Positions 1-12,040 of a stretch of DNA of 64,000 bases are shown here, in pieces. A model generated the notes under the pieces. That model was not told the DNA's origin. It did no database searches and saw nothing but the letters and a program-made list of their open reading frames with translations. Numbering within the stretch: position 1 is the first letter of the stretch; the number at the start of each line of letters is the position of its first letter. The position numbers and the translations under genes were made by a program. The stretch is taken from NCBI RefSeq assembly GCF_055900595.2, contig NZ_CM148325.1. One strand, given 5' to 3'.

Positions 1-158
1 TAACCATTGGCTGCCAGGTAAAGACTGTTACGACCATTGCCACAGCCCAGATCCAGCGTTTTACCGGGTTTAACCACTTTCACCGCTTCCAGTACTTCAG
101 AGTGTGTGCGGGTTAATTCATACTTATCAGTAAAATAGTTTTCGTCACGAATGATCAT
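1..158 (-). CDS. tehB: Tellurite methyltransferase TehB, N-terminal part only (gene runs off the window start)
   Basis: Minus-strand translation from ATG at 156-158 reads [45 protein letters not shown]...; start overlaps the tehA stop (operon coupling). Not in ORF track because truncated. Confidence 0.85.
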
Positions 159-1147
159 TCTTTGTCCTCAGCTTTCATTAAAACGGCGCGCTCGGTTCTG
201 ATTAACAATTTCCCCTGCATCAGAAGCGCGAAAGTTCGGATGAGCAGTATTGCAATTATAAAATTGGTAAAGATAAACAGCGGCACCGCCAGGGTATGGA
301 AAAATCCATTATCGCTGCCACTCCCCAGATGCAAACCGGTGGTTGCCAGTGCAGATACGCCGAACGAGAAACTCCAGAATGAAGCATTAAATGGCTGGGA
401 GAGATACCATGGCATCAGACGTAGCATAAACAGCAGTTGCAGCAGCCCATAACCGAAAAGCATTTTCGCCAGCGTGTCACCCTCGCCGCCGTTGACGCTC
501 AGCCAGGCACTACAGGCCACCAGCGCAGGAGCGAGCTGAATGCCGAGTGATGTCCGCAGCGCCGTGGGTAATTCTCCCGAACTGCGCAGACGCTGCAAGA
601 TCACCGGTTCCAGGCTTAACCATGAGAAAACGCCTGCGCCTAAAAACACCAGACCGGCGTCGGTGTAGCCCAATGCACCACAGGCCATTGCGCTGATAAA
701 GTTGTTGGCAACTGTCGGCAGATACAGTCCAGGCGTGGTAGCTTCTTCAGGATGAGATCCGCGCCATAATCCCGCAGTTTGCCAGGCGGCATAAGCCAAC
801 TGAACCACGACACCAAAACTGAACAGGCATACCGCCAGTGGGCGAAACCACGGAACAAAACCAATCGCTACCAGCATCGTCGTTGCAGGAAACAAACTCA
901 CAAAACTGCTCATCACTGGATGGCGCACTTCCGCCAGCACGCTATGCGGAAAACGTATGAGTCGGGTAATAAATGCGCTAGTCAATAATCCCCAGATGAT
1001 CATCGCCAGAATCACTAGCCCATCCCCTAACCAGTGGCTGACCTGCCAAACCTGGCTGGCATAGCGCCAGGCAAATCCCATCCCTATCGTCCCCAACACA
1101 ATACCAAAGTAGCCTGCCGGCAAATTGAGCACTTTATCGCTCTGCAT
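155..1147 (-). CDS. tehA: Tellurite resistance / C4-dicarboxylate transporter family membrane protein TehA
   Basis: ORF 155..1159 (334 aa), multi-helix membrane protein matching TehA; likely start at internal Met ([15 protein letters not shown]) at 1147, alternative start 1159. Confidence 0.9.
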
Positions 1148-1270
1148 CTTCTTACTCATTTTGTTTAATTTATAAAGTATATTTTAAATGCATTTTATGG
1201 AATTTTCTCGAGCATAGCCAGAGCCGCAGAATTTGCTACGGTTATAGTAAGTCACCTGTGGGAAAACGCT

Positions 1271-2251
1271 ATGCGCAAATATCGTCTAAGTGAAGAACAG
1301 CGAGCCTTTAGTTATCAGGATGATGGCACTAAAAAAAGTGTGTTATTACGGCAAATTATCGCCATGAGCGATTTTAACGATGTGATAGCAGGAACCGCTG
1401 GCGGCTGGATCGATCGCGAAACGGTGTTAGCACAGGAAGGAAATTGCTGGATTTACGATCAGAATGCTATTGCGTTCGGCGGAACGGTGATTTCCGGTAA
1501 TACGCGTATCACCGGCACCAGCGTCCTTTGGGGAGAGGTTTACGCAACGGATAACGTCTGGATCGATAATAGTGAAGTCAGTCAGGGTGCATATATAAGT
1601 GACAGTGTCACCATTCGTGACTCATTAGTTTGCGGTCAATGTAGAATATTTGGTCACGCCTTAATTGATCAACATTCTATGATCGTCGCCGCGCAAGGCT
1701 TAACCTCCGACCATCAACTCCTGCTACAAATTTATGATCGCGCAAGGGTTAGCGCCTCGCGTATTGTCCACCAGGCACAAATTTATGGCGATGCCGTCGT
1801 CCGGTATGCTTTTATTGAACATCGCGCCGAAGTTTTTGATTTTGCCAGTATTGAAGGTAATGAAGAGAACAACGTCTGGCTATGCGATTGCGCTAAAGTC
1901 TACGGTCACGCGCAGGTGAAAGCTGGCATAGAAGAAGATGCCATTCCGACAATTCATTACAGTTCGCAGGTAGCGGAATATGCCATTGTGGAAGGTAATT
2001 GTGTGTTAAAACATCATGTCTTGATTGGCGGAAAGGCAGTGGTAAGTGGCGGACCGATTCTGCTCGACGAGCACGTTATAATACAAGGTGAGAGCTATAT
2101 AACAGGTGCGGTGATAATTGAAAACCATGTGGAGTTAACCGACCACGCCCTCGTTGAAGCCTTTGATGGCGACACGATTCATCTCCGTGGTCCAAAAGTC
2201 ATAAACGGCGAAGAGCGCATTACGCGAACGCCGCTGGCAGGGTTATTGTGA
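1271..2251 (+). CDS. ydcK: Hexapeptide-repeat protein YdcK
   Basis: 326 aa ORF with left-handed beta-helix style repeats; position divergent from tehA as in E. coli. Confidence 0.85.
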   Translation: MRKYRLSEEQRAFSYQDDGTKKSVLLRQIIAMSDFNDVIAGTAGGWIDRETVLAQEGNCWIYDQNAIAFGGTVISGNTRITGTSVLWGEVYATDNVWIDNSEVSQGAYISDSVTIRDSLVCGQCRIFGHALIDQHSMIVAAQGLTSDHQLLLQIYDRARVSASRIVHQAQIYGDAVVRYAFIEHRAEVFDFASIEGNEENNVWLCDCAKVYGHAQVKAGIEEDAIPTIHYSSQVAEYAIVEGNCVLKHHVLIGGKAVVSGGPILLDEHVIIQGESYITGAVIIENHVELTDHALVEAFDGDTIHLRGPKVINGEERITRTPLAGLL

Positions 2252-2782
2252 ATCGATAATACGCGCGTATAAGTTCACATCATCATAGGCATCATTCAGA
2301 AACTCAGCCTGTTTCAGGCAACCTTCAAGGATAAAACCATTGCGCAAAGCGACCTGGTTGCTTTGCGCATTATCCACCCGACATTTGATCACGAAGCGTC
2401 TAAGTTCACCAGACTGAGCGTAATGATGAATCAATGCCTGCAGCGCCTGAGAAATGATCCCCTGCCCCTGATGAGATTCGTCCAGCCAGTAGCCGATTTC
2501 AGCGGTTTTATTCAGTGGTTCAATACGATTAAACGAGATAACGCCGATAAGTTCATCTTCTTTGAAAATCATGAACATTTTGGCATAGCCGCGTTGATGC
2601 AACATTACATTGCCCTGCACCGTTTTTCGCGTGTCCTCTTCACTTTGAACAAACTGCGGCCAGTTAAGCGACTGTTGTAACCATGTTTTATTTTTACAGA
2701 TTAACTGATGAAGAGGTGTGACGTGACTTTCTGCAACAGCATGTAATTCTAGTGATTCGCTTACTTTTATCGTTTCTGCCAT
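2243..2782 (-). CDS. rimL: Ribosomal protein L7/L12 serine N-acetyltransferase RimL
   Basis: ORF 2243..2797; GNAT-fold sequence, probable start at MAETIKV (2782). Overlaps ydcK 3' end by 9 nt. Confidence 0.85.
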   Translation of the reverse strand: MAETIKVSESLELHAVAESHVTPLHQLICKNKTWLQQSLNWPQFVQSEEDTRKTVQGNVMLHQRGYAKMFMIFKEDELIGVISFNRIEPLNKTAEIGYWLDESHQGQGIISQALQALIHHYAQSGELRRFVIKCRVDNAQSNQVALRNGFILEGCLKQAEFLNDAYDDVNLYARIIDSQ

Positions 2783-2844
2783 CTTATCTCCAGTCAATCC
2801 ATACCACTGTTAAAAAAGCCGCCTGGCTGGCGGCTTAGGAAAGT

Positions 2845-3069
2845 TTACACCTCTTTGACGCTCTCCTGCTGCAGGATTTTGAGCATCTCATCTTTTAACT
2901 GTAGCTTTTGTTTTTTCATGCGGACCACTTCCGCATTGTACCCTCGACCGTCGGAACCTTCCTTTCTGGCAATTTCATGATCAAGTTTATTGTGTTTATC
3001 GAACAAGGACATAAAGCGAGGATTTTCGTTTTTCAGACGGGATATTAAATCTCGGTATTCTGGAAACAT
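2845..3069 (-). CDS. ydcH: Small DUF465 family protein YdcH
   Basis: ORF 2845..3075, 74-76 aa, MFPEYRDLISRLKNENPRFMSLFDKHNKLDHEIARKEG... Confidence 0.8.
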   Translation of the reverse strand: MFPEYRDLISRLKNENPRFMSLFDKHNKLDHEIARKEGSDGRGYNAEVVRMKKQKLQLKDEMLKILQQESVKEV

Positions 3070-3208
3070 ACGCACTCCCTGTTAGTGGCTGACAAGGTGT
3101 ATCTGAAATACACACTATCAGATTACTCATTTAACTTAGGGAAAAATGCGAGCGGGATCGTGTTTAACCAGACGGCACCTCCCGAAGAAGGTGCCGAAGA
3201 AAAAACGA

Positions 3209-4864
3209 TTAACTCATCACGCGGTCGTCAACATACTGACGTTTATCCGGCGCTGGCGGGAAATACTGATACAGCCATGTTTCACTGATAGCGTCGCCCT
3301 GACAACGCAGATACATCCGCATATCGACCGGATCAGTGGAGTCCGAAGTCGGATACCAGTCAAACTGAATACGATAACCATCAATGGGTTCAATATAGAG
3401 AATTTCGATTTGCTTCGCTTCCCCACTGGAAAGCGTAATCACCGGCTCAATGCCTTTTGGTGCGGCAGCTTTCAGATCACCACCAACGAAATCGACGGCA
3501 AAACGACGCGCCCATTTTTCGGGATAGTGTTCACCAGGCGCCCAACCTTCCGGGAAACCGCCCATGCCGGTACGCGTTGCCATAACGCGCGCTAATGGGC
3601 AATGAACAGGCGGTTGCGCACTCCAGTACAGACGATACTGGAATGCAAACTCATCACCCGCTTTTACAGCTTTTTCTGGCTGCCAGAAGCAGACAATGTT
3701 ATCCAGCGTTTCGCCCGTTGTTGGGATTTCCATCAGGCCGATGGTGCCCTTACCCCACTTGTTACGCGGTTCCACCCACAGACTTGGGCGTTTGTTATAC
3801 CAGCCCATAATGTCCTGATAATGAGAGAAATCGCGATCCAGTTGCAATAAACCAAACCCTTTCGGGTTGTTGTCGGTGTAAGCATTGAACTGCAATTTTT
3901 GCGGATTATTCAGCGGACGGCAAATCCACTCGCCGTTGCCCCGCCACATGGACAGACGATCAGAGTCATGGATTTGCGGATGAATGGTGTCGCACATCCG
4001 ACGTTCATTAGTGCCGCAGCTGAACATGCTGGTCATCGGCGCAATGCCCAGCTGTTTAATGTCTTTGCGCGCATACAGGTGATTTTCCACATCCATAATC
4101 ACCTGACTTTTCTCACAATGGATAGTGAACTTATAGGCACCAGTAATGCTGGCGCTATCGAGCAACGCATAAACGGTAAAGGTGGTTGCCCCTGGTTTTA
4201 CCGTATCAAACCAGAAGGCGGTAAAGTCGGGGAACTCTTCTTTGCTGTCGGTGTAAGTGTCGATCGCCAGGCCGCGGGCCGACAAACCGTATTGATATGT
4301 GTCATCAACGGCGCGGAAATAACTCGCGCCGAGGAATGATACGACATCACGGCGCGCCAGTTCGGGGGCTTTAAACACGCGAAAACCGGCAAAACCGAGA
4401 TCGCTTTGCCCTTCTAATTGTTTGGTATCCACACCCGCATCGTTGTATTTGAACAACTCCGGGCGAAAGTGAATTTCACGCGCCAGATGTGTTGCTGGAT
4501 CTACAGAAAACATACGAACGCGGCGACGGAATCCCATTCCCATATGGAAGAACTGAGCGTCCAGTTGACGGTTCTCAACGTTATGCCAGAGCGATTTTTC
4601 GGCGTCGTATTGAATACTGTTATAAGCCTGCGGCGTCATTGTCGCCAGAGTGTCAGGTAACGGACGCGGCGCACCACGCCACGCGGTTTGCGCTAAGTCG
4701 TGCGCCATTGACTGTAGAATGGAGAAGTCAAAACGCTGGGTTTGCCCGTCGGCAATATCAGAATCTGCCGCGAATGCCGCCTGAGAAAAAAGAGAAGCAA
4801 TGCCGCTGGTACCGCACACGGCGGCCATAGCCATTGAACCTTTAATAAATCGTCTACGATCCAT
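3209..4864 (-). CDS. opgD: Glucans biosynthesis protein D (OpgD/MdoD), Tat-exported periplasmic protein
   Basis: 551 aa ORF with twin-arginine signal [32 protein letters not shown] and MdoG/MdoD family body. Confidence 0.92.
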   Translation of the reverse strand: MDRRRFIKGSMAMAAVCGTSGIASLFSQAAFAADSDIADGQTQRFDFSILQSMAHDLAQTAWRGAPRPLPDTLATMTPQAYNSIQYDAEKSLWHNVENRQLDAQFFHMGMGFRRRVRMFSVDPATHLAREIHFRPELFKYNDAGVDTKQLEGQSDLGFAGFRVFKAPELARRDVVSFLGASYFRAVDDTYQYGLSARGLAIDTYTDSKEEFPDFTAFWFDTVKPGATTFTVYALLDSASITGAYKFTIHCEKSQVIMDVENHLYARKDIKQLGIAPMTSMFSCGTNERRMCDTIHPQIHDSDRLSMWRGNGEWICRPLNNPQKLQFNAYTDNNPKGFGLLQLDRDFSHYQDIMGWYNKRPSLWVEPRNKWGKGTIGLMEIPTTGETLDNIVCFWQPEKAVKAGDEFAFQYRLYWSAQPPVHCPLARVMATRTGMGGFPEGWAPGEHYPEKWARRFAVDFVGGDLKAAAPKGIEPVITLSSGEAKQIEILYIEPIDGYRIQFDWYPTSDSTDPVDMRMYLRCQGDAISETWLYQYFPPAPDKRQYVDDRVMS

Positions 4865-5088
4865 ACCTGAAAGTGAGTCCTTCTGGTGTTGTGAATAGTC
4901 CCGCGCTGGTCGTTTTCAGCGGCAAGAAAGTGCTTATTTATGACCGCTCACTCTAGACAATATTTATTAATAATCCAATTGTTGAACTCAGAGAATATGC
5001 ATTAATCGGCAATTTTTTTATGTCGATGGGATGAGCCTGATTCGTTTGTAAAATCAGGCAAATTTTTGCAAAGGCAGATAGTCAAAAT

Positions 5089-6432
5089 TTAAAGCAAACC
5101 ACAGCGGCGTTTACTGCGTTCTTCCGCTTCCTGATAAAGCTGGAACTCATCAAAAACTGGGCATCCCAACGCATGTTCGAAAGCTTCGCGGCTGGCATTA
5201 CCGTGACTGCGTGCCTGCGTTTCATTACCCAGATTTGACTGGAAGATCCCCGCCGCGCTAACAGGCAAAAAATCTTCATAAGTAATGGGTTGTGCCACTA
5301 CCCAACCACGTTCAATTAAGGGTTGTGGATCGTCTCCGGGATGAATCGCCTGACGATGCGCCTCACCTGAAGGCGTCAAACGATATCGGAACCATGCCAA
5401 CCCTTGCTGACGCATTAAAAACTCACTGTCAGGAAAAGTGCGGAAGGTTTCCTGTAAATGCATTTGATGAGTGAGATTATCCTGCCCGGTTCCAGCGTTC
5501 CGCAGAAGATCATCATACATTTGTCGTCCTTTCGGCGTTAATGCCACGCCACGCTGCTCTATTTCACCAAAGCGCGCGGTATGCGTGCCCTGTTTCTGCC
5601 CCGCAAACAACACCTTCTCTTCCAGTGCTTTAAAGCTGGTCTGGCGTAGTAAAATCGGTACCTCGCGGCGCGGCGGCCCTTCGATCAGAATTTTGGGTTC
5701 AATTCCGCATTCAGGCATCATCGACTGCACACGGTCAATATCCAGCGTACGTGGCGTCAGGTGGTTGATATGGCACCCAGGAAAACAGACCACATCAGCA
5801 ATCAGCCGATGTTCGTTGTGCAACGCACGATAGGTTTCTTCATCAACCGTTGCTGACTGGTGCCAGCGAAACGTTTCCAGGGCTTCCTGCACAAACTCCT
5901 GTGCCTGTGTTTCGTTAAAACCGCCCCGCTGCTCATACTCCTCTAACAGTTGTCGACAACGTGGGGTGAAGATATCGCGCTGACGCAGAATCTCCGCCGC
6001 TTTCTGGCGCAAAAATTCGTTCTCGATAAGCTCAAGACGGAGTAATGAGGTAAAAACGCGGAAGGGATTACGCGCCAGAGAAGCATCATCAATGGGCCGA
6101 AATGCTGTGGAATGTACCGGCACGCCCGCCTGCGAGAGATCGTAATAGCTCACCGGGTACATCCCCATAATGGCAAACATCCGCCGAAGAGTAGCAAGCT
6201 CTTGTGCAGTCCCAACGCGAATTGCCCCATGACGTTCAACATTCAGTCGCGCCAGCTCGTCTGCATTTACCATTTTTTCGTGCAGTTGAGGATTGTTTTC
6301 CAGCACAGCCAGATTCACATCAGCTACCAGTTCCAGCAGCGTGCCGTACTGCGGAACTTCTTGCTGGTACATGGCTGACATTGCCTGCGAAAACTGTTCC
6401 CGAATCTCATCCGCCGTGATGCTGTTCGCCAT
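5089..6432 (-). CDS. ydcJ: DUF1338 family putative metalloenzyme YdcJ
   Basis: 447 aa ORF, conserved position between opgD and ydcI. Confidence 0.85.
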   Translation of the reverse strand: MANSITADEIREQFSQAMSAMYQQEVPQYGTLLELVADVNLAVLENNPQLHEKMVNADELARLNVERHGAIRVGTAQELATLRRMFAIMGMYPVSYYDLSQAGVPVHSTAFRPIDDASLARNPFRVFTSLLRLELIENEFLRQKAAEILRQRDIFTPRCRQLLEEYEQRGGFNETQAQEFVQEALETFRWHQSATVDEETYRALHNEHRLIADVVCFPGCHINHLTPRTLDIDRVQSMMPECGIEPKILIEGPPRREVPILLRQTSFKALEEKVLFAGQKQGTHTARFGEIEQRGVALTPKGRQMYDDLLRNAGTGQDNLTHQMHLQETFRTFPDSEFLMRQQGLAWFRYRLTPSGEAHRQAIHPGDDPQPLIERGWVVAQPITYEDFLPVSAAGIFQSNLGNETQARSHGNASREAFEHALGCPVFDEFQLYQEAEERSKRRCGLL

Positions 6433-6648
6433 AATGTCTGCCTCCAGTGGTCAGTAATCTGGAGTGTAGGTAACCGCATTCACTCTGGCGGGAAGAATTT
6501 GCAAACTGTGATCTCGCCGCGAAAACATCAATATTATCCATTTCGCTGTAACACAATTGCTTTATTTGTTAATAATATTTTGCAACTAAGTTATCATAAT
6601 CAAACAACTTCACTTGTCAGCGACACTGCTTCGTTTTTAACATCGCTT

Positions 6649-7572
6649 ATGGAAAAAAATAGTCTGTTTAGTCAGCGCATCCGTTTGCGCCACCTTCATA
6701 CATTCGTAGCTGTCGCACAACAAGGAACTTTGGGGCGCGCGGCTGAAACCCTTAATTTGAGTCAACCTGCGCTCTCTAAAACATTGAATGAACTGGAGCA
6801 GCTGACGGGCGCTCGCTTGTTTGAGCGTGGTCGTCAGGGGGCGCAACTTACCTTACCCGGCGAACAATTTTTAACACATGCAGTCAGAGTTCTTGACGCT
6901 ATTAACACTGCCGGACAGTCGCTTCATCGTAAAGAAGGTCTTAACAATGATGTCGTCAGGGTAGGTGCATTACCTACCGCGGCGCTGGGAATATTACCTT
7001 CGGTTATAGGTCAGTTTCATCAGCAACAAAAAGAGACGACCTTGCAAGTTGCGACAATGAGTAACCCTATGATTCTGGCGGGTTTGAAGACTGGCGAAAT
7101 CGATATCGGCATTGGTCGGATGTCAGATCCTGAACTGATGACCGGGCTTAATTATGAACTGCTGTTTCTTGAATCGCTGAAGCTGGTCGTCCGCCCTAAT
7201 CACCCGCTACTTCAGGAGAACGTAACGCTAAGCCGGGTGCTGGAATGGCCGGTTGTTGTATCACCAGAAGGCACTGCGCCACGCCAGCATTCAGATGCAT
7301 TAGTGCAGAGCCAGGGCTGTAAAATTCCTTCGGGCTGTATCGAAACACTGTCTGCTTCGCTATCTCGTCAACTTACGGTTGAATACGACTACGTGTGGTT
7401 TGTCCCTTCTGGCGCTGTAAAAGACGACCTGCGTCATGCCACGCTGGTGGCCCTGCCTGTTCCGGGTCATGGTGCAGGCGAACCGATTGGAATACTGACC
7501 CGCGTAGATGCGACGTTCTCTTCTGGTTGCCAGTTGATGATTAACGCTATTCGAAAATCAATGCCGTTCTGA
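6649..7572 (+). CDS. ydcI: LysR-family transcriptional regulator YdcI
   Basis: ORF track 6499..7572 has an implausible N-terminal extension; canonical start MEKNSLFSQRIRLRHLHTFVAVAQQGTLGRAAETLNLSQPALSKTL (HTH) at 6649. Confidence 0.88.
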   Translation: MEKNSLFSQRIRLRHLHTFVAVAQQGTLGRAAETLNLSQPALSKTLNELEQLTGARLFERGRQGAQLTLPGEQFLTHAVRVLDAINTAGQSLHRKEGLNNDVVRVGALPTAALGILPSVIGQFHQQQKETTLQVATMSNPMILAGLKTGEIDIGIGRMSDPELMTGLNYELLFLESLKLVVRPNHPLLQENVTLSRVLEWPVVVSPEGTAPRQHSDALVQSQGCKIPSGCIETLSASLSRQLTVEYDYVWFVPSGAVKDDLRHATLVALPVPGHGAGEPIGILTRVDATFSSGCQLMINAIRKSMPF

Positions 7573-7576
7573 AAGG

Positions 7577-7603
7577 TGAAGGGATCTGTCGATCCCTCCT
7601 TTA
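7577..7603. terminator. Hairpin between convergent ydcI and trg (gggatc-tgtc-gatccc, T-rich flank)
   Basis: Inverted repeat with T-rich 3' flank on plus strand, lying between two convergent stop codons. Confidence 0.45.
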
Positions 7604-7609
7604 ACATTT

Positions 7610-9250
7610 TCACACCGTAGCGAAACTAACTGGTTCACCAGCTCCGCGAGGTTCTGCCGACACAGAATGTTTGTTCAGACGGAATACGTCCACCGCCTCA
7701 GTTAATCGTGCAGCCTGTTCTTCAAGGGACACCGCCGCCGCTGAGGCCTCTTCTACCAGAGAAGCATTCTGTTGCGTCACCTTATCCATTTCGGAAATCG
7801 CCTGGCTCACCTGCGTTATGCCTCTGCTTTGCTCATCCGAGGCGGCGGCAATCTCCTGCATGATATGTGTGACACTCGCGACGGCATCAACAATAGTGCT
7901 CATGGTTTTCCCTGCCGTTGCTACCTCATCCGATCCCAGGTCAATTAATCTGACTGATTCACTGATCAAGCCTTCAATCTCTTTTGCCGCCTGAGCGCTG
8001 CGGCTTGCGAGTGTCCGTACTTCGCTGGCGACAACGGCAAATCCACGTCCTTGCTCACCCGCTCGCGCGGCTTCAACGGCAGCATTCAGTGCCAGAATAT
8101 TCGTCTGGAAAGCAATACTGTTGATGACGGAAGTGATCTCGGAAATTTTCTTCGAACTCGTGGAGATAGCGCCCATCGTTTTTACTACACCGGAAACCGT
8201 CTGCCCGCCATCGCTGGCTTTAATAGAAGCCTCTTGCGCCAGTTTGCTGGCATGATGCGCGTTATCCGCATTCTGTTTCACCGTTGCAGTGAGTTGCTCC
8301 ATGCTGGCGGCAGTTTGTTCGATTGCCGCCGCTTGTTCTTCGGTGCGAGATGACAGGTCCGCATTGCCAGCGGAAATTTCGCTGGTGCCACGATAAATCT
8401 CTTCCGCGCCCTGTCGAACGGTCCCTACAGTCATCCCCAGTGAATGCTGCATTTGCTGTAAATGATGACTTAAGCGACCGATTTCATTACGACCCGCCGG
8501 TTCATCATTCATCGTCAGATCGCCACTGGCAATTTTTTCAATCCGTTGTGCGGCATGTTGCAGTGGACGAATGACGATCCGACGTAGCACCATAAATGTT
8601 ATCAGCGTCATGACCACGGCAAGCACAAACGCGCCAATCATAAACATCACACCCAGGCGGGTACGCTGATGGGCCTGTTCCGCCAGTTGGTTGGCTCTGG
8701 TGCTACGTATCTTAACGGCTTTGTTCAAAATATCGGTATAAGCATTATCCAGCGGTCGGATCTGCTCACTTTCATGATTGATAATCGCCTCAAACATGCC
8801 ATTTTTGGCATATTTCAGCATGGGTTGGATACCCGTGATATAAGCCTGGAAACGTTGATTTAATTCAGCCTCGAGAGCTTCATCAGCAGGTGTTTTCACC
8901 GGCCGACTCCGGTAAGCCCGATAACCTTGCTGCGACTGTTTAATCTCCGATTCGGCTTGCGCAATATTTCGCTTCATTGCTTCCATTTCCGCAATACGAC
9001 TCGCGGCCCCGGCCTGAATCATATTGATCCGGGCCGAACGCAAAAAATCTGAGCTGTTCGCTAACCCGGTCCGAACCTCAATCTCTGCAGTCACATCACG
9101 CTGATCGCGATCGGCCTTCCAGAGGAAATAGCCAGCCAGGGCTGAACTCAAGGCAAACAGAAGTAAGATACCGCCAAGAATGCAGGCAAATAACGGAACC
9201 AGCCTGATGTGATGCAAAAAACCTAATCGCTGTGAGGGAGTTGTATTCAT
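7610..9250 (-). CDS. trg: Methyl-accepting chemotaxis protein III (ribose/galactose sensor) Trg
   Basis: 546 aa; two TM segments, HAMP, methyl-accepting signalling domain with conserved motifs ([21 protein letters not shown]). Confidence 0.93.
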   Translation of the reverse strand: MNTTPSQRLGFLHHIRLVPLFACILGGILLLFALSSALAGYFLWKADRDQRDVTAEIEVRTGLANSSDFLRSARINMIQAGAASRIAEMEAMKRNIAQAESEIKQSQQGYRAYRSRPVKTPADEALEAELNQRFQAYITGIQPMLKYAKNGMFEAIINHESEQIRPLDNAYTDILNKAVKIRSTRANQLAEQAHQRTRLGVMFMIGAFVLAVVMTLITFMVLRRIVIRPLQHAAQRIEKIASGDLTMNDEPAGRNEIGRLSHHLQQMQHSLGMTVGTVRQGAEEIYRGTSEISAGNADLSSRTEEQAAAIEQTAASMEQLTATVKQNADNAHHASKLAQEASIKASDGGQTVSGVVKTMGAISTSSKKISEITSVINSIAFQTNILALNAAVEAARAGEQGRGFAVVASEVRTLASRSAQAAKEIEGLISESVRLIDLGSDEVATAGKTMSTIVDAVASVTHIMQEIAAASDEQSRGITQVSQAISEMDKVTQQNASLVEEASAAAVSLEEQAARLTEAVDVFRLNKHSVSAEPRGAGEPVSFATV

Positions 9251-9524
9251 TACCGTTGTCTCTCGTCCAGGTTTACTCCTGATAGAAAGTCATCGGCACT
9301 TGACGGTAATTACTTATGACCAAAAACCTCTTTGCGTCACATTTTTACAACAATTATGGCAGAGAAGAATAATGCCATTGGAATGAAGAGAGTAACGAAC
9401 GGCTAAACCGAATGACGAAAAATTCTGGAAAACAGCACGCAATTTCGTCAAGTGATTATTTTCGTCCCTAAGGAAACCTCATAGGATGCCTGCGGGTGCC
9501 TGAGACTTTCTGTTTTCAGGCTAA

Positions 9525-9581
9525 CCGGGAATCAGAAAGACGAAGGCCCCGACCGATATTTCTATCAACCGAGGCCAACGA

Positions 9582-9592
<11 letters not shown>
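9525..9592 (-). ncRNA. sokB: SokB antisense RNA of the hokB/mokB type I toxin-antitoxin locus (approximate extent)
   Basis: Minus-strand promoter-like TTGCCG-17 nt-TAACAT reading antisense across the mokB start; ends are approximate and unverified. Confidence 0.3.
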
Positions 9593-9789
<197 letters not shown>

Positions 9790-9860
9790 GGGCAAGCGCG
9801 GGGATTTTCCCCGCGCATCTGACTAGCAGATTCATTTTCTCATGGCACCCCTTTTACACT

Positions 9861-10034
9861 TCAGTTAGTGCATGTTTTTTTCGATGCACTAATAGAACCA
9901 TCATTACAGACAAATTTGCCACCTGCCGTACAGTGTGAGATCCCCCCTTTCGAACCAGAACAGGGTTTGCGCCCGGCATCGGCATAAAAGGAAACAAGCG
10001 CTCCCATAACCAAGATAAGTGCCAATTTTTTCAT
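9861..10034 (-). CDS. ydcA: Small lipoprotein-like protein YdcA
   Basis: 57 aa MKKLALILVMGALVSFYADAGRKPCSGSKGGISHCTAGGKFVCNDGSISASKKTCTN with SD upstream; below ORF-track cutoff. Confidence 0.75.
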   Translation of the reverse strand: MKKLALILVMGALVSFYADAGRKPCSGSKGGISHCTAGGKFVCNDGSISASKKTCTN

Positions 10035-10204
10035 ATAACCTCCATGGTTTATCGAATCTTATGTTCGATTTGAACGTTATACGCTGGTTTATTTTGATAC
10101 CGTTGATGAGATCAAAGATCGGGTGAATTGATTAAAGATAAGCCAGATGGACATATGGACAAGGATTATGGTTTTATTTGTCATACAAATAAATATAATA
10201 GGCG

Positions 10205-10269
10205 CTTCCGATGTAGGCCCGTATTCTTCGCCTGTACCACGGGTCGGTTTTAGTACAGGCGTTTTCTTT
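10205..10269 (+). ncRNA. rydC: RydC small regulatory RNA
   Basis: Approx. 65 nt: CTTCCGATGTAGGCCCGTATTCTTCGCCTGTACCACGGGTCGGTTTTAGTACAGGCG + TTTTCTTT, pseudoknot-capable hairpin plus U-tract, convergent on the cybB stop as in E. coli. Confidence 0.8.
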
Positions 10270-10278
10270 AAAGATCCT

Positions 10279-10809
10279 TCAGGAACGTTTACGCGGCATC
10301 ATGCGTAGAAGTGTGTTGTCCTTCCAGAAATAGTGGTGTGCCAGTGCAGCCGCAGCGTGCAACCCGATGACAAAATATCCCAGATTCGCCAGCGTCTCAT
10401 GCCACCACTTTAAGCTATCAACCCGTTCGAAATTGGCCTCTGCTGCATAAGGCATTGTCATACCAAACGCAAACCACGGGTTGCCCCGGTTATACATCAT
10501 CACCAAACCAATCACTGGCAGCGCAATAAACAGGAGATAGATCACCAAATGTCCCAAATGTGCCAGTCCCGTCATCATCGGTTTTGGTTTAGGTACAATC
10601 GGCGGAGTCGGGTTTTTAAGCCTTAACAAAAGACGAACAACCATCAGCACGAGAATTGAGATGCCACAGGAAACATGAATCATGTTGATGAGCGGCCGAT
10701 CGCTACGTGGGAAGAAACCACGAAACTCCATTGCGCAATACGCTGCGATAACCAACAAAAAGACCAGCCAGTGAATGCTGATTTGTAACCTTGAGTATTT
10801 ATTTTCCAT
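10279..10809 (-). CDS. cybB: Cytochrome b561 CybB
   Basis: ORF 10279..10845; canonical start MENKYSRLQISIHWLVFLLVIAAYCAMEF at 10809; four-TM di-haem cytochrome b561 pattern. Confidence 0.92.
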   Translation of the reverse strand: MENKYSRLQISIHWLVFLLVIAAYCAMEFRGFFPRSDRPLINMIHVSCGISILVLMVVRLLLRLKNPTPPIVPKPKPMMTGLAHLGHLVIYLLFIALPVIGLVMMYNRGNPWFAFGMTMPYAAEANFERVDSLKWWHETLANLGYFVIGLHAAAALAHHYFWKDNTLLRMMPRKRS

Positions 10810-10997
10810 AACATTTCCTGCTTTAAAACAATTTGCCGTTAACATAACGAGCTTTTCTTAAAATTTCATTAAATATTGTTCACCCGTTTTCAGTACGTTA
10901 CGTTCCACGGCAAGAATGTAGATTGCCCATCCCGCCATCCTGGTCTAAGCCTGGAAAGGATCAATTTTCATCCGAACGTTCCTGACAGGAGAAGACC

Positions 10998-11999
10998 ATG
11001 AGTAAAGTTGGTATTAACGGTTTTGGTCGTATCGGTCGACTGGTGTTGCGTCGATTACTTGAAGTCAAAAGTAACATAGACATTGTCGCTATTAATGATC
11101 TCACTTCCCCAAAAATTCTCGCCTACCTGCTGAAACATGATTCAAACTACGGACCGTTCCCCTGGAGCGTTGATTTTACGGAAGATTCACTTATCGTTGA
11201 TGGAAAAAGTATCGCGGTTTACGCCGAAAAAGAGGCTAAAAATATTCCATGGAAAGCGAAAGGCGCAGAAATCATTGTCGAATGTACTGGCTTTTATACC
11301 TCCGCCGAGAAATCGCAGGCGCACCTTGATGCTGGTGCGAAGAAGGTGTTGATTTCCGCCCCTGCCGGTGAAATGAAAACCATCGTTTATAACGTCAATG
11401 ACGACACACTGGATAGCAACGACACCATTGTTTCCGTGGCGTCATGCACCACTAACTGTCTTGCACCGATGGCCAAAGCCTTGCACGACAGTTTCGGAAT
11501 AGAAGTCGGCACGATGACGACCATTCATGCCTATACTGGCACCCAGTCACTGGTGGATGGCCCGCGAGGTAAAGATCTACGCGCTTCACGTGCAGCGGCA
11601 GAAAATATCATTCCCCACACTACAGGCGCGGCAAAAGCCATTGGTCTGGTGATCCCAGAACTGAGCGGCAAACTGAAAGGTCATGCGCAACGCGTACCCG
11701 TGAAAACAGGTTCGGTGACTGAACTGGTGTCTATTCTTGGAAAAAAAGTGACTGCCGAAGAGGTGAACAACGCGCTTAAAAACGCGACAAACAATAACGA
11801 GTCATTTGGTTATACCGATGAAGAAATAGTCTCTTCTGATATCATTGGCAGCCATTTCGGGTCGGTGTTTGATGCCACGCAAACCGAAATTACCACCGTG
11901 GGCGATTTACAGCTGGTGAAAACGGTCGCCTGGTATGATAACGAATATGGCTTCGTCACGCAGCTTATTCGCACCCTCGAAAAATTCGCTAAACTCTGA
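10998..11999 (+). CDS. gapC: Glyceraldehyde-3-phosphate dehydrogenase C, intact reading frame
   Basis: 333 aa uninterrupted ORF with GAPDH hallmarks (NGFGRIGR Rossmann motif, catalytic [10 protein letters not shown]). Confidence 0.9.
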   Translation: MSKVGINGFGRIGRLVLRRLLEVKSNIDIVAINDLTSPKILAYLLKHDSNYGPFPWSVDFTEDSLIVDGKSIAVYAEKEAKNIPWKAKGAEIIVECTGFYTSAEKSQAHLDAGAKKVLISAPAGEMKTIVYNVNDDTLDSNDTIVSVASCTTNCLAPMAKALHDSFGIEVGTMTTIHAYTGTQSLVDGPRGKDLRASRAAAENIIPHTTGAAKAIGLVIPELSGKLKGHAQRVPVKTGSVTELVSILGKKVTAEEVNNALKNATNNNESFGYTDEEIVSSDIIGSHFGSVFDATQTEITTVGDLQLVKTVAWYDNEYGFVTQLIRTLEKFAKL

Positions 12000-12006
12000 C
12001 GAGCAA

Positions 12007-12036
12007 AGGCGGAGGGAAAAGCCTCCGCCTCTTTCA
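12007..12036. terminator. Bidirectional intrinsic terminator between convergent gapC and aldA
   Basis: GGCGGAGG-gaaaag-CCTCCGCC hairpin followed by TCTTTC on plus strand. Confidence 0.6.
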
Positions 12037-12040
12037 CTCA

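Noticed and set aside
10205-10275. Hairpin plus T-tract next to the cybB stop, first considered a cybB terminator or a small ORF (MDIWTRIMVLF...)
   Set aside because: The T-tract is on the plus strand (wrong side for cybB) and the sequence matches the RydC sRNA; the overlapping ~54-codon frame has no RBS and runs antisense into cybB.
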